DNA of 49,282 bases from Calditrichota bacterium (GTDB lineage Bacteria; Zhuqueibacterota; Zhuqueibacteria; Residuimicrobiales; Krinioviventaceae): NCBI GenBank assembly GCA_013152225.1, contig JAADGR010000329.1:1-49282 (forward strand), read 5' to 3'. Under the pieces are notes generated by a model. That model was not told the origin of the DNA. It searched no databases and worked only from the letters and a program-made list of their open reading frames with translations. Below are positions 8,750 through 18,652 of the stretch, piece after piece. Each line of letters opens with the position of its first letter. Position 1 is the first letter of the stretch. Position numbers and translations under genes: made by a program.

Positions 8750-9297
8750 AACACAGATCAGAATTCGAAAAAGTTGTTTATGACGGAAAATTTCGAATTC
8801 TTATTTCGGAAGAAAAAATCGAAAAAAGACTGCGCGAGCTTGGCAAGCAGATCACTGAAGATTATCGTGATAAAAACCCAATCATGATCGGCGTGCTTAA
8901 CGGCGGTTTCATCTTTATGGCGGACATTGTCCGGCATGTTGAAATTGATCTGGAAGTTGATTTTATCAAGATTTCGAGCTATGGGAACGCCACAACTTCA
9001 TCCGGCGAAGTGAAAATGCTCAAAGACATCAACGCAGAAGTTAGCGGCAGACACATTCTCGTTGTTGAAGATATCGTGGATACGGGTTTGTCCATTCGAT
9101 TTTTGGAAAAAAAGTTTTTGGAACTTGAACCGGCATCATTAAAATTTGTATCTTTTCTCCTGAAAAAAGATAACGCACGAGTTGAATATAATATTGATTA
9201 TGTCGGATTTGAAATTCCAAATGAGTTTGTAGTTGGCTACGGTTTAGATCATAAGCAAATTTTGCGAAATCTACCGGCAATTTATGTAATGGATTAA
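8746..9297 (+). CDS. hpt: hypoxanthine(-guanine) phosphoribosyltransferase
   Basis: 183 aa with the PRPP-binding loop ILVVEDIVDTGLS and NEFVVGYGLD. The TTG start overlaps the tilS stop (TTGA). Confidence 0.9.
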   Translation: MKHRSEFEKVVYDGKFRILISEEKIEKRLRELGKQITEDYRDKNPIMIGVLNGGFIFMADIVRHVEIDLEVDFIKISSYGNATTSSGEVKMLKDINAEVSGRHILVVEDIVDTGLSIRFLEKKFLELEPASLKFVSFLLKKDNARVEYNIDYVGFEIPNEFVVGYGLDHKQILRNLPAIYVMD

Positions 9298-9303
9298 TTT
9301 TAT

Positions 9304-11346
9304 ATGAAAATGACAAAAGACAATAAAAAAAGCCAAAGTTCATACCGCGACAACCGGCCGAAAAGATCTTCGGGAGGCAAAAAGCCACCAAGTTCCGGTT
9401 CCTCAAAACAAAAGCAAGACGGACCCCAATGGCGTAAAGCTTCACGCACATTGCTGTTTTGGATAGGCATCTTTGTTATCGCTCTCTTTGTTTCCCAGCA
9501 ATTAACAAACCAAAGAGGAAGCGAAGAAACGATTTCCTATGACACATTTGTCCAGGATTTGAAAGACGGGAAAATCAAAGAAGCGCTTATCGAGGATACG
9601 GTACTGCGGGGAAAGATAATAGACAACGGATCAGGCAGTACAAATGCCCTTTCGACCAAGTCCTTCAAAGTTGTATTGCCGACGCAACCGGATTTTACTA
9701 CAATTGATAAATGGCAATCGGAATACGGCCTGAAAGTTAATTTCAAGCACAATACACCCAGCCTTTGGGGCTACCTGATTACCGCACTGCCATGGATACT
9801 GTTGATCGGATTTTGGATTTATCTTATCCGCAAAATGCAAGGCGGCGGTGGAACTAAAGGTATTTTCAGTTTTGGAAAGTCACGAGCGCGTTTATGGACA
9901 GAAAATTATCCCAAGATAACTTTTGAAGACGTCGCGGGTGCTGATGAAGCAAAGCAGGAATTGGGTGAAATCATTGAATTCCTTCAGGAGCCGGAGAAAT
10001 TTCAGCGACTGGGCGGAAAAATTCCAAAGGGTGCACTTCTCCTGGGACCTCCGGGAACCGGCAAAACCTTGCTTGCCAAAGCCGTTGCCGGTGAAGCAGG
10101 TGTTCCGTTTTTCAGCATGTCTGGCGCCGATTTTGTTGAAATGTTTGTTGGCGTGGGTGCTTCCCGCGTTCGCGATTTGTTCGAACAGGGCAAAAAAAAT
10201 GCACCGTGCATCATTTTTATCGACGAACTGGATGCTGTTGGCCGACACCGGGGCGCAGGCTTGGGCGGCGGGCACGATGAACGGGAACAAACTCTTAACC
10301 AGTTGCTGGTAGAAATGGATGGCTTTGAATTTAATGAAGGCGTCATTCTGCTGGCAGCCACAAACCGCCCGGATGTGCTTGATTCTGCGCTACTGCGGCC
10401 TGGTCGTTTTGACCGCCAAATTATTGTTGACCGCCCAGACGTACGCGGGCGGGAGGGTGTTCTTGTGGTTCATACGAAAAAAATCGTTATGGACAAAGAC
10501 GTTAATCTCAAAAATCTGGCAAAAGGCACTCCCGGATTTTCCGGCGCCGATCTGGCAAACATGGTGAATGAAGCCGCCTTGTTAGCTGCACGGAAAAACA
10601 AAAGAAAAGTTGATGAAGAGGATTTTGAGGAAGCCAAAGACAAAGTTATGATGGGTGCGGAACGAAAGAGTATGCTCATCAGCGAGGATGAAAAAAAGAG
10701 CACGGCATATCACGAAGCCGGCCACGTGCTTGTAGCCAAACTAACGCCCGGGACAGATCCTGTTCATAAAGTAACCATCATCCCCCGTGGCCACGCGCTT
10801 GGCGCGACCACGACTTTGCCAATGGATGAAAAACATAATTATTCCAAAACTTTCTGTCTTGCCACGCTGCGCCAGCTATTGGGCGGTCGCGCGGCAGAAA
10901 AGCTTGTCATCGAGGATTTTACAACCGGAGCAGGCGACGACATTAAAAAAGCAACCGATTTGGCACGCAAAATGGTGTGCGAATGGGGTATGAGCGAAAA
11001 ACTGGGTCCCGTTACCTTTGGTGAAAAACAGGAAGAAATTTTTCTCGGTCGGGAAATCTCCCAGCATCGCGACTATAGCGAAGAGACCGCGAGACTCATT
11101 GACAGTGAAATTAACCGCTTTATTGGTGACGCCGCTAAAGATGTCGACAAGCTCGTTCGCGAAAATGTCGACCATCTACATGCGATTTCCAAAGCGCTTT
11201 TGGAGCGGGAGATGCTGGATGGTGAAGAAATCGACATGATCATGAATGGCAAAAAATTGCCTGCCAACAAAAACAAAAATAAAAAACCGGCCGGGAAAAA
11301 ACGTGTAACCCGGAGACGAAAAAAAGCAGAATCACCTGAAGAGTAA
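9304..11346 (+). CDS. ftsH: ATP-dependent zinc metalloprotease FtsH
   Basis: 680 aa with Walker A GPPGTGKT, Walker B IIFIDELD, the SRH region [20 protein letters not shown], and the zinc motif HEAGH. It has two N-terminal TM segments and Lys/Ser-rich tails at both ends. Confidence 0.95.
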   Translation: MKMTKDNKKSQSSYRDNRPKRSSGGKKPPSSGSSKQKQDGPQWRKASRTLLFWIGIFVIALFVSQQLTNQRGSEETISYDTFVQDLKDGKIKEALIEDTVLRGKIIDNGSGSTNALSTKSFKVVLPTQPDFTTIDKWQSEYGLKVNFKHNTPSLWGYLITALPWILLIGFWIYLIRKMQGGGGTKGIFSFGKSRARLWTENYPKITFEDVAGADEAKQELGEIIEFLQEPEKFQRLGGKIPKGALLLGPPGTGKTLLAKAVAGEAGVPFFSMSGADFVEMFVGVGASRVRDLFEQGKKNAPCIIFIDELDAVGRHRGAGLGGGHDEREQTLNQLLVEMDGFEFNEGVILLAATNRPDVLDSALLRPGRFDRQIIVDRPDVRGREGVLVVHTKKIVMDKDVNLKNLAKGTPGFSGADLANMVNEAALLAARKNKRKVDEEDFEEAKDKVMMGAERKSMLISEDEKKSTAYHEAGHVLVAKLTPGTDPVHKVTIIPRGHALGATTTLPMDEKHNYSKTFCLATLRQLLGGRAAEKLVIEDFTTGAGDDIKKATDLARKMVCEWGMSEKLGPVTFGEKQEEIFLGREISQHRDYSEETARLIDSEINRFIGDAAKDVDKLVRENVDHLHAISKALLEREMLDGEEIDMIMNGKKLPANKNKNKKPAGKKRVTRRRKKAESPEE

Positions 11347-11360
11347 GGAGTGCATTTGAT

Positions 11361-12950
11361 GTGGCGACTCTGACCATTCCACCCGCAATCACCGTTTTGG
11401 GAGCAATTGCTCTCGTTTCTATTTTCGTCATTGCCTACCTCCGCTTAACTTCTGAATTCATGAACAAGGGCAGGTTTACCAGAGCAATCGTGATTATTCT
11501 TGCCCTGTTTGCTTTTCTTTCATTTTTGCAAACCATCTTCCATGCGCCAAAGCCTGAGAAAATTCGCATAACCGTTTTCCCGCTAATCGATATCGCGTAT
11601 AAACAGGAAACATCCTGGCTTTGCTGGGCCATTTCAGACCAGGCAAACTCTGTTCTCACGAAATCATTTTCCGGCGATACGCTGGTTTACCCTATTCATT
11701 GGCTGTATGAGGCCATCGATCCGGATTCATTTTCCGACGAAAAATATCTGTTGCAGTATGCTCATCGCATTAAACTGGATTACGCTGCCTTTGGCAGTTT
11801 GCAATCCGATTGTGATGCCTGCTCCCTGCGCTGGGCGTTCGTGGACATTAAGCAGGATAGTGTTATTTATCAAAAAAATATGGCTGTTGCCGGGGAAAAT
11901 AAAGTATCTTCGGGCGTTCGTCTCGCAGCAGATATTTTAAAATATTTCGGCAAAACATTGCCTGAAAATCCGGATCATTCCTTCACTTCTGTCGAGGCCG
12001 TAAAGTTCAGAACCAAAGCACTTCAAGCTCTTTCAAATAAAGAATATAAAAAAGCCGTCGATTACGCTGAACAAGCCTATAAAGTGGATTCCACGGATGT
12101 TTACACCCGCAATTTACTCTCCCGCGTTGAACTTAACTACGCCTTGTATCTCGATAGTGAAGGAAAACCTTCCGGCATGTATCGCCTCATCGCTTTGAGA
12201 ATGAGCGAGGGAACGATTCTGAATTACGACAGTACAAATTCAGAAGCCTACCGAATCCTCGGCAAATATTACATTCTTGAAAAAATGTGGGGCAAGGCGG
12301 AAGCTAAACTCAAAAAAGCGCTCGAACTCGATCCCGACAACCCTCGCATCTATGCCGATTATTCCCGGCTGCATCGTTCAAGGATGAAATCCATTGGTTT
12401 TAAAAATGAGGAACAACTGCTAAAGTACGCATTTCATCTTGATCCTGCTTTCGAAGATGCTCGCCTCCAATTAGCCGATTACCTTTTTTTTAACAAATGG
12501 CCGCGCCAGGCGGAAAATGTAGTGCGCAAACTTTTGGTCATTCACCCGACTTCAATAGAAGGATGGCTCTTTCTTGGAAGAATGGCCATTGGCGAGCACG
12601 ATATACAAAAGATTATTAAAATTTATAACAAAATCCTCAAAATCGACCCGAGAAATGCGGAAGCATATTACAATCTCGGTGTCTTTTACTATAATTCCAA
12701 TGATATCGATAATGCTGAGAATTTTTTTAACCGCGCCGTTCAGGTAGGAAATTCCCTCGATGCGCATTTATACCTGGGTCATATTTATGAAAGCCAGGGA
12801 TTACTTGACAAGGCCATTGAAGAATATCGGCTGCGAATCCGTTTTAAAAAAGGTTTTAAGGATCCATACGCTGAAGAGGCGCGCGAAAGACTCTACATTC
12901 TTACGCATGCAGATTCGGTTCTCAAAACTTCCAATGCAAAAGTTAAATAA
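11361..12950 (+). CDS. membrane-anchored TPR-repeat protein
   Basis: 529 aa with a GTG start 10 nt after TAAGGAG. There are two N-terminal hydrophobic helices and multiple TPR-like units (AEAYYNLGVFYYNSNDIDNAENFFNRAVQ and others). Confidence 0.7.
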   Translation: MATLTIPPAITVLGAIALVSIFVIAYLRLTSEFMNKGRFTRAIVIILALFAFLSFLQTIFHAPKPEKIRITVFPLIDIAYKQETSWLCWAISDQANSVLTKSFSGDTLVYPIHWLYEAIDPDSFSDEKYLLQYAHRIKLDYAAFGSLQSDCDACSLRWAFVDIKQDSVIYQKNMAVAGENKVSSGVRLAADILKYFGKTLPENPDHSFTSVEAVKFRTKALQALSNKEYKKAVDYAEQAYKVDSTDVYTRNLLSRVELNYALYLDSEGKPSGMYRLIALRMSEGTILNYDSTNSEAYRILGKYYILEKMWGKAEAKLKKALELDPDNPRIYADYSRLHRSRMKSIGFKNEEQLLKYAFHLDPAFEDARLQLADYLFFNKWPRQAENVVRKLLVIHPTSIEGWLFLGRMAIGEHDIQKIIKIYNKILKIDPRNAEAYYNLGVFYYNSNDIDNAENFFNRAVQVGNSLDAHLYLGHIYESQGLLDKAIEEYRLRIRFKKGFKDPYAEEARERLYILTHADSVLKTSNAKVK

Positions 12951-13803
12951 AAAATTCGACTGGCAGTGCTGCGATATTTCTCTCCCACTAGGAAAGAGAA
13001 CTTTTATCATGGGCATTCTTAATGTAACACCCGATTCTTTTTCCGATGGTGGTCAATACGCAAATATCCACCGGGCAGTGGACAGAGCTTTGGAAATGGC
13101 CGAACAGGGAGCGGACATTATCGATGTTGGCGGCGAATCCACGCGTCCCGGCGCTGAAAAAGTGAGCGAAGCGGATGAACTCAACCGCGTCGTGCCCGTC
13201 ATCGAAGCGCTGAGCGAACAGCTAAATATTCCAATATCCGTCGATACTTATAAATCACACGTTGCGGAACGGGCACTGGAGGCGGGGGCAAAAATTGTGA
13301 ACGACATCAGCGGACTGCGGTTTGATAAAAGAATGGCTAAAGTCGTTGCAGCAAAGGGCGCCGGAGTTGTTCTCATGCACATCAAAGGTGAACCGCGAAA
13401 TATGCAGCAAAATCCGCATTACGACGACGTGATGAATGAAATTGTGCAATACCTTGATGAAAGCAAAAAAATCGCTTTTAAAGAAGGAATATCCAACAGG
13501 CAAATCGTTATCGATCCGGGAATTGGTTTTGGAAAACGGTTGCAGGATAATTTCACAATCATTCGCGAACTAGACAAACTTTTTGTTTTATCGAATCCGA
13601 TACTTGTCGGTCCTTCACGCAAATCTTTTATCGGTAATGTTCTTGAACTGCCGGCAAACGAACGCCTGGAAGGAACGGCAGCGGCTGTGGCATTGAGCAT
13701 ACAAAATGGTGCACAGATTGTGAGAGTGCACGATGTGAAGGAAATAAAACGCGTCGTTAAAATAACGGATGCTATTTTAAAGAATGATAAAAGATGGGAT
13801 TAA
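12934..13803 (+). CDS. folP: dihydropteroate synthase
   Basis: IMGILNVTPDSFSDGG, DIIDVGGESTRPG, LMH and SRKSFIG are canonical pterin-binding motifs. The ORF opens at 12760, but that extension overlaps the TPR gene. ATG 12934 gives a normal 289-aa protein. Confidence 0.88.
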   Translation: MQKLNKKFDWQCCDISLPLGKRTFIMGILNVTPDSFSDGGQYANIHRAVDRALEMAEQGADIIDVGGESTRPGAEKVSEADELNRVVPVIEALSEQLNIPISVDTYKSHVAERALEAGAKIVNDISGLRFDKRMAKVVAAKGAGVVLMHIKGEPRNMQQNPHYDDVMNEIVQYLDESKKIAFKEGISNRQIVIDPGIGFGKRLQDNFTIIRELDKLFVLSNPILVGPSRKSFIGNVLELPANERLEGTAAAVALSIQNGAQIVRVHDVKEIKRVVKITDAILKNDKRWD

Positions 13804-14621
13804 CGTTATTTAAAATAGGTTTTCTTCCGGTTACGGTGATGGATGTTCTGGACATTGCTGTGATGTCTTATGTCATTTATCGCGTTTACAATTTTCTCAG
13901 GGGAACACGCGGTGCACAAATGTTCGTCGGCCTGATTTTTATTTTGCTTTTTTCAGTTATCGCACCGCTTTTGCAAATGAAAGGAATGACCTGGATTTTT
14001 GAAAACCTGCGAACGATTTGGCTGCTTGCATTCGTCATTCTTTTTCAGCCGGAATTGAGACGACTCCTGATTAACATTGGCCAAAACAGAGTTATGCGGG
14101 TATTTTTCAAAGCATCCGGCAGCAAAGTTATTGATGAAATTATCAAGGCGACAGCAGAATTGCGGGATCGCGGTTACGGCGCGCTGATCGTACTGGCAAG
14201 AGAAACCGGCCTGAAAAATGTCATCGAAACCGGGATTAAAATTCAGGCGGATGTGTCCGCACCATTGATTATGTCAATTTTTAACCCCCGATCGCCCTTG
14301 CATGACGGCGGACTCATTATCCAAAACGACATCATTGCAGCCGCAAAATGCACTCTGCCCATTGATCAGGACTCGAAAGCAAACATCAATTATGGAACAC
14401 GACACAGAGCAGCACTCACACTCGCTGAAGAAACGGATGCAATGATTATTGTCGTATCAGAAGAAACCGGAAAAATTTCGGTTGCAATGTCCGGCGAACT
14501 AAAATATGATCTCAAAGAAAGCGAGCTTTTACACATCCTGACAGAAGGATACAGATACGGGCAGTCCGAAATCAGCGATTCAGCGAATTTCCACAAACCT
14601 TTTGTTGATCAAAAATCTTGA
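13794..14621 (+). CDS. cdaA: diadenylate cyclase (membrane-bound c-di-AMP synthase)
   Basis: 275 aa with three N-terminal TM helices and a DAC domain carrying LHDGGLII and GTRHRAAL (the DGA/RHR motifs). It overlaps the folP end by 10 nt. Confidence 0.9.
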   Translation: MGLTLFKIGFLPVTVMDVLDIAVMSYVIYRVYNFLRGTRGAQMFVGLIFILLFSVIAPLLQMKGMTWIFENLRTIWLLAFVILFQPELRRLLINIGQNRVMRVFFKASGSKVIDEIIKATAELRDRGYGALIVLARETGLKNVIETGIKIQADVSAPLIMSIFNPRSPLHDGGLIIQNDIIAAAKCTLPIDQDSKANINYGTRHRAALTLAEETDAMIIVVSEETGKISVAMSGELKYDLKESELLHILTEGYRYGQSEISDSANFHKPFVDQKS

Positions 14622-14623
14622 AT

Positions 14624-15817
14624 ATGCCTCGTACATTCTTACAATATTTGCTCATATTTCTTGCAGCCATCCTCCCCTACGCTTACCTGAACGCGATGGA
14701 TGAAGGTGTCATTATGGTCGCCAATAGCAGCACAACCCGCGACGGCCGGCCGTTAATCTGGCAGAACAGAGAAAGCGAAACAGACCACGTAAAAGCGCGA
14801 CTTTTTCGAGGGCCGCAGTATGATTTTATCGGCATCATTAATTCAAATGACACGACTCGTGTATGGATGGGATTGAATACGGTTGGATTTGCCCTTGTTG
14901 GAACGCCATCACCAGATCACTCCGGCTCCACGGCTGCTCAGCCGGGTGCATTTATAAAACAAGCATTGGGCACCTGTGGGCGTCTGGAGCATTTTGAAAA
15001 CCTGCTGGCGCAAGCTGCGAGCGCAGGGATTGGCAGCCAATATAATTTTGGTTGCATCGATGCACTCGATGGCGCGGCTGTTTATGAAGTGTCCGGCAGC
15101 GACTATCAGAAATTTGACACACACAACCCACTGGATGCCCCGCAGGGCTTTTTGGTGCGCTCAAATTTTTCTTTAACAGGAAAGGGCAAAAAAGCATCCG
15201 GAAGCTACCGCTATCATCGCGCAAATGAAATGCTCTTCAATGCGGTTAAAAATCGTATGCTTGATTATCAATTTGTAATACGGAAAATGGCAAGAGATAT
15301 TGCAAGTCCGCAAATCGATCCTTACCCTCTCCCCTGGCAGGAAAGTTATAAAGAAGCACCCAAAGGATTCGTGATAACTGAAAACAGCCTGAACCGCCAT
15401 AACACGGTGTGCAGTGTTGTCGTCCACGGCAGTCGCCTGGACGAAGCTCCCGAGTTTTCGACAATGTGGGTTATGCTCGGCGAACCGATTTGCACGCCGG
15501 CAGTCCCCCTGTGGCCGCGATGCGGACCCGTGCCGGCAGAATTAGGCGGAAATGGAAATGCGCAATTAAACCAGATTTCCATCGAAACAGATCATACGCT
15601 CTATTCAGCCAAAAAATGGCCGACATTTATAAATTCCTCTTCGCTGGTTGAAGGGAGATATCCGGTTCTTCTGCAAAATGAAAAAATTGAAAAAGAAATA
15701 TTTCTACAGGTCGATCGCCAACTCGCTAGCTGGCGTCAATCATCTGTTTCTCTGGAACAGTTTTCTGCTTTCCAGAAAAAAATGATCTCAAATGTCGTAC
15801 GGCAGCTAGGATTCTAA
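14624..15817 (+). CDS. exported hypothetical protein coupled to cdaA (remote Ntn-hydrolase-like N-terminus; not YbbR/CdaR-like)
   Basis: There is an N-terminal signal-like helix FLQYLLIFLAAILPYAYLNA. The ATG at 14624 lies 3 nt after the cdaA stop (the TTG at 14618 overlaps it). MVANSSTTRDGRPLIWQNRE faintly recalls the C45/choloylglycine-hydrolase N-terminus, but no Cys nucleophile is evident. Confidence 0.6.
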   Translation: MPRTFLQYLLIFLAAILPYAYLNAMDEGVIMVANSSTTRDGRPLIWQNRESETDHVKARLFRGPQYDFIGIINSNDTTRVWMGLNTVGFALVGTPSPDHSGSTAAQPGAFIKQALGTCGRLEHFENLLAQAASAGIGSQYNFGCIDALDGAAVYEVSGSDYQKFDTHNPLDAPQGFLVRSNFSLTGKGKKASGSYRYHRANEMLFNAVKNRMLDYQFVIRKMARDIASPQIDPYPLPWQESYKEAPKGFVITENSLNRHNTVCSVVVHGSRLDEAPEFSTMWVMLGEPICTPAVPLWPRCGPVPAELGGNGNAQLNQISIETDHTLYSAKKWPTFINSSSLVEGRYPVLLQNEKIEKEIFLQVDRQLASWRQSSVSLEQFSAFQKKMISNVVRQLGF

Positions 15818-15864
15818 GTTGATATTTTTAAAAAGTCCGAGAGCAAAACAAACAGGCATCAAAA

Positions 15865-17472
15865 ATGAAAACTGATAAATGGCAACAAATAGCCGAGTCA
15901 CCGGAAGCAGCAGCTTTATTAAAACTTGCATTACACATCAACGATATCTGCGATCATGAGGGCGATATTACCGATTTTCTTCCCACCCTTTTGCATCAAC
16001 TGGCTCAATTGCTGGACGTTCAATCAGCCGCCATTACCGTCATCGATTCTGAGAACAAGCAAAAAGTATTAAGCCGTTATGATCGTGGGGAAACTGAAAT
16101 CAGCAACGGAAGCCTTGTCGAGTTAGCAAATGTTGTGGTCGATTCGAGAGAGCTTTTCACTGAAGCGGATTCCCGACCCGGCTTTGACAATGTCCTTGCC
16201 GCGCCGATCATCAGAACAGACCGGGTTCTCGGCTCATTCATTCTCGCGAATAAATCCAACGGCAATTTTGGTGATTACGACCGCATCGTTGTAACGCTTG
16301 TAGAAGCACAAATGGATTATGTCATCGACGACTGGCTCAAGCGCCAAAAACAATTGATGATCGAAACTGAAAACCGGGTTCTGAAAGAACTGGACAAAAT
16401 TCGTGATGAATCGCAGGATCAGGGAGAGGCGCTGGATGAAATGATTTCTACGATCCTGAATTCCGTGGACGCACAGATCGGCTTTATCACACTTTATGAT
16501 TCTGATGGAGATCGGCACTTGCCCGGCGGCAAAGTCATTCGCGGCAATCGGCCCATGAGCCAATCGGACTATAAGCAGGTCGGAGAATTCATACGCGCCG
16601 CGAAGAAGAATCATGAAACCATTCGAATTGAAACGATTCCGAATAGCGAAATCGATTCCATTCTGGTTGTTCCGATGTTCATCTCGGAAATGTTTCTCGG
16701 ATCGGTTGTTTTGATAAACAAAGAACATGCAAATCACTTTACGCCGCAGGATCAAACGCTTGTTGAATCCGTTACCGGAATTATTGATACATTCATTTTC
16801 CAGGAAGAAAAATTTAAACGCCTGATGAAGCTTGTTGGCCGCGAAGCAACGCGCGATGTGGAAGAAGCACTCATGGGACACCGCCCTGACACGGGGCATG
16901 GTCAGAGAATGGAAATTACCATGTTCTTCGCCGACATTCGAAATTACAGCGAAAAAACGCGCGACATGGATCCGACCACAACCGTGAGAATGCTCAACGA
17001 TTTTTTCAACGCCGTAACGCCGATCATTACCGCCCACAACGGTATTGTTGATAAATATGTCGGTGATGAAATTGTGGCGCTCTTTACAAGGTCTACGGCG
17101 AAAGGAAGTCACCAGGCGCTGGCTGTCGAAGCTGCGCTATGCATACAAACGGAATTGGACAGAATGAATCGGGAGTGGGAATTAACCGGCCGGCAGACAA
17201 TTCAAGTTGGTGTGGGCATTCATACGGGCGAAGTTATTCTCGGTCAAATTGGAAGTTACGACCGCAAAGACTATACAGCGATAGGCTCCAATATGAATTT
17301 TGCCGCCCGGCTGCAATCAATTGCCGGCCCCGGCGAAATCATCATCAGTGAAAGTACTTACATTGGCTTGACAGGGAAAATTATGGCGAGGCACGTCGGC
17401 CCGTTTGAAATTAAAGGTTTTGGTGAATCACTGGCCTATCTCGTTGAAGGAAGGTCACCGGATCAGTTTTAA
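15865..17472 (+). CDS. GAF-domain class III adenylate cyclase
   Basis: 535 aa. The N-terminal ~330 aa is GAF-like. The C-terminal cyclase homology domain has MFFADIRNYS, VDKYVGDEIVALF, GIHTGEVILGQIGS and DYTAIGSNMNFAARL. The Lys (DKYVGD) and Asp (DYT) pair points to ATP specificity. Confidence 0.85.
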   Translation: MKTDKWQQIAESPEAAALLKLALHINDICDHEGDITDFLPTLLHQLAQLLDVQSAAITVIDSENKQKVLSRYDRGETEISNGSLVELANVVVDSRELFTEADSRPGFDNVLAAPIIRTDRVLGSFILANKSNGNFGDYDRIVVTLVEAQMDYVIDDWLKRQKQLMIETENRVLKELDKIRDESQDQGEALDEMISTILNSVDAQIGFITLYDSDGDRHLPGGKVIRGNRPMSQSDYKQVGEFIRAAKKNHETIRIETIPNSEIDSILVVPMFISEMFLGSVVLINKEHANHFTPQDQTLVESVTGIIDTFIFQEEKFKRLMKLVGREATRDVEEALMGHRPDTGHGQRMEITMFFADIRNYSEKTRDMDPTTTVRMLNDFFNAVTPIITAHNGIVDKYVGDEIVALFTRSTAKGSHQALAVEAALCIQTELDRMNREWELTGRQTIQVGVGIHTGEVILGQIGSYDRKDYTAIGSNMNFAARLQSIAGPGEIIISESTYIGLTGKIMARHVGPFEIKGFGESLAYLVEGRSPDQF

Positions 17473-17480
17473 GCAAAAGA

Positions 17481-18038
17481 ATGGAGATTACAATGATAAC
17501 AGATCAGGAAATCGAAAAGGCAAAAAATCGGGCAAAATCTTTTTACGACCGCGCTGGAATTGTTATCACCGAGGAAGAATTTCAATCGCTGGAAATCACA
17601 GATCTTGGTTTAAGCCGGTTTGAGGAAATCGGTCTGACTTTGCTCGTTTATGTAAATTCAGCCCGCGTCTGTGCAAAAGAGATGGTTCTTTTTCCGCATC
17701 AAATTTGTCCGGAGCACAAACACCCACCGGTGATGGCCGAGCCGGGCAAGGAAGAAACTTTTCGTTGCCGCTGGGGTGAGGTCTTATTATATGTGCCGGG
17801 CGAACCCGCTTTGCATCCCCGGGGTCACGTACCTGCTGATAAGAAAGACACTTTTACCGTCTGGCATGAAATCGTTCTGCTGCCCGGCGAACAATACACA
17901 ATCAAACCGAACACCTGGCACTGGTTTCAGGCCGGCGCCAAAGGAGCAGTCATTTCAGAATTTTCAACCACAAGCCGGGATGAGAGTGACATTTTCACAG
18001 ATTCAGAGATTAAGCGCGTTGAAGAAAAAGTGTTTTAA
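17481..18038 (+). CDS. D-lyxose/D-mannose ketol-isomerase-like cupin
   Basis: 185 aa with ICPEHKHPP...GKEETFRCRWGEVLLYV...TWHWFQAG, a cupin metal-site pattern resembling the YdaE-type D-lyxose isomerases. It starts 8 nt after the cyclase gene. Confidence 0.65.
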   Translation: MEITMITDQEIEKAKNRAKSFYDRAGIVITEEEFQSLEITDLGLSRFEEIGLTLLVYVNSARVCAKEMVLFPHQICPEHKHPPVMAEPGKEETFRCRWGEVLLYVPGEPALHPRGHVPADKKDTFTVWHEIVLLPGEQYTIKPNTWHWFQAGAKGAVISEFSTTSRDESDIFTDSEIKRVEEKVF

Positions 18039-18257
18039 AAAGGACGCCTGTTATGCCATAATACATAATCTTCACTTTATCATTTTATTCTTTCAGACTA
18101 AATTTACACCAAATCTTGATTTTTCGGACACTTGACAAGGATTCTCAACCTGAAATCGACAAAATCATTAAACAGCACAAAAATATTTTATTTGACGCAA
18201 ATCTCCCCGTTTTGTTGGCATAAGCTTTGCTAAAAGGAAGGAAAGAATAAAAAGGAA

Positions 18258-18527
18258 ATGAACAGAAGGAACATCATGAACTTTAGCATAAAAACAATTC
18301 TTCTAATTGTCCTCGGCTTTGCAATCGTTGCTTTGGCAGATGAGAAAAAAAATGAACCAAAAGAAATCACTCTCCCCAAAATAATAATTCCGGCGCCGAA
18401 AAAAGAAACCGAAAGGAAAAAGGTCAAAGCCATAAAACAGAACAACTCGCCTTTGATCCAGAAACAACAAAAACAAACCGAATTTACAGATGATTTGCGC
18501 ACGATAAAGCAAATAGATTTCACCTGA
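18258..18527 (+). CDS. small secreted Lys-rich hypothetical protein
   Basis: 89 aa. A purine-rich SD (AAAAGGAAATG) precedes it, the signal peptide is ILLIVLGFAIVALA, and a hairpin terminator follows. Confidence 0.4.
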   Translation: MNRRNIMNFSIKTILLIVLGFAIVALADEKKNEPKEITLPKIIIPAPKKETERKKVKAIKQNNSPLIQKQQKQTEFTDDLRTIKQIDFT

Positions 18528-18585
18528 TCTTTAATAAGACATTCACCACCCGTTAATCGATATTCTCCTTTCCACCATCAGAAAA

Positions 18586-18614
18586 GGGGCAGTCTCACCA
18601 ACTGTCCCTTTTTT
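18586..18614. terminator. bidirectional rho-independent terminator between the small ORF (+) and the acyl-CoA ligase (-)
   Basis: ggggcagt-ctcacca-actgtccc forms an 8-bp stem with one G-U pair. It is flanked by aaaa upstream and tttttt downstream. Confidence 0.55.
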
Positions 18615-18652
18615 AATAATCATTGTGAAAAATGAACCAAGCTATCGAATGA

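Noticed and set aside
12760-12933. N-terminal extension of the folP ORF
   Set aside because: It overlaps the end of the TPR gene by about 190 nt and adds non-conserved sequence. ATG 12934 yields a standard-length dihydropteroate synthase.
16234-17112. 292-aa ORF antisense to the GAF-adenylate cyclase gene
   Set aside because: It lies entirely within a well-supported sense gene. The translation has no recognisable motifs or hydrophobic organisation, and no SD or promoter is evident. It is a typical shadow ORF.
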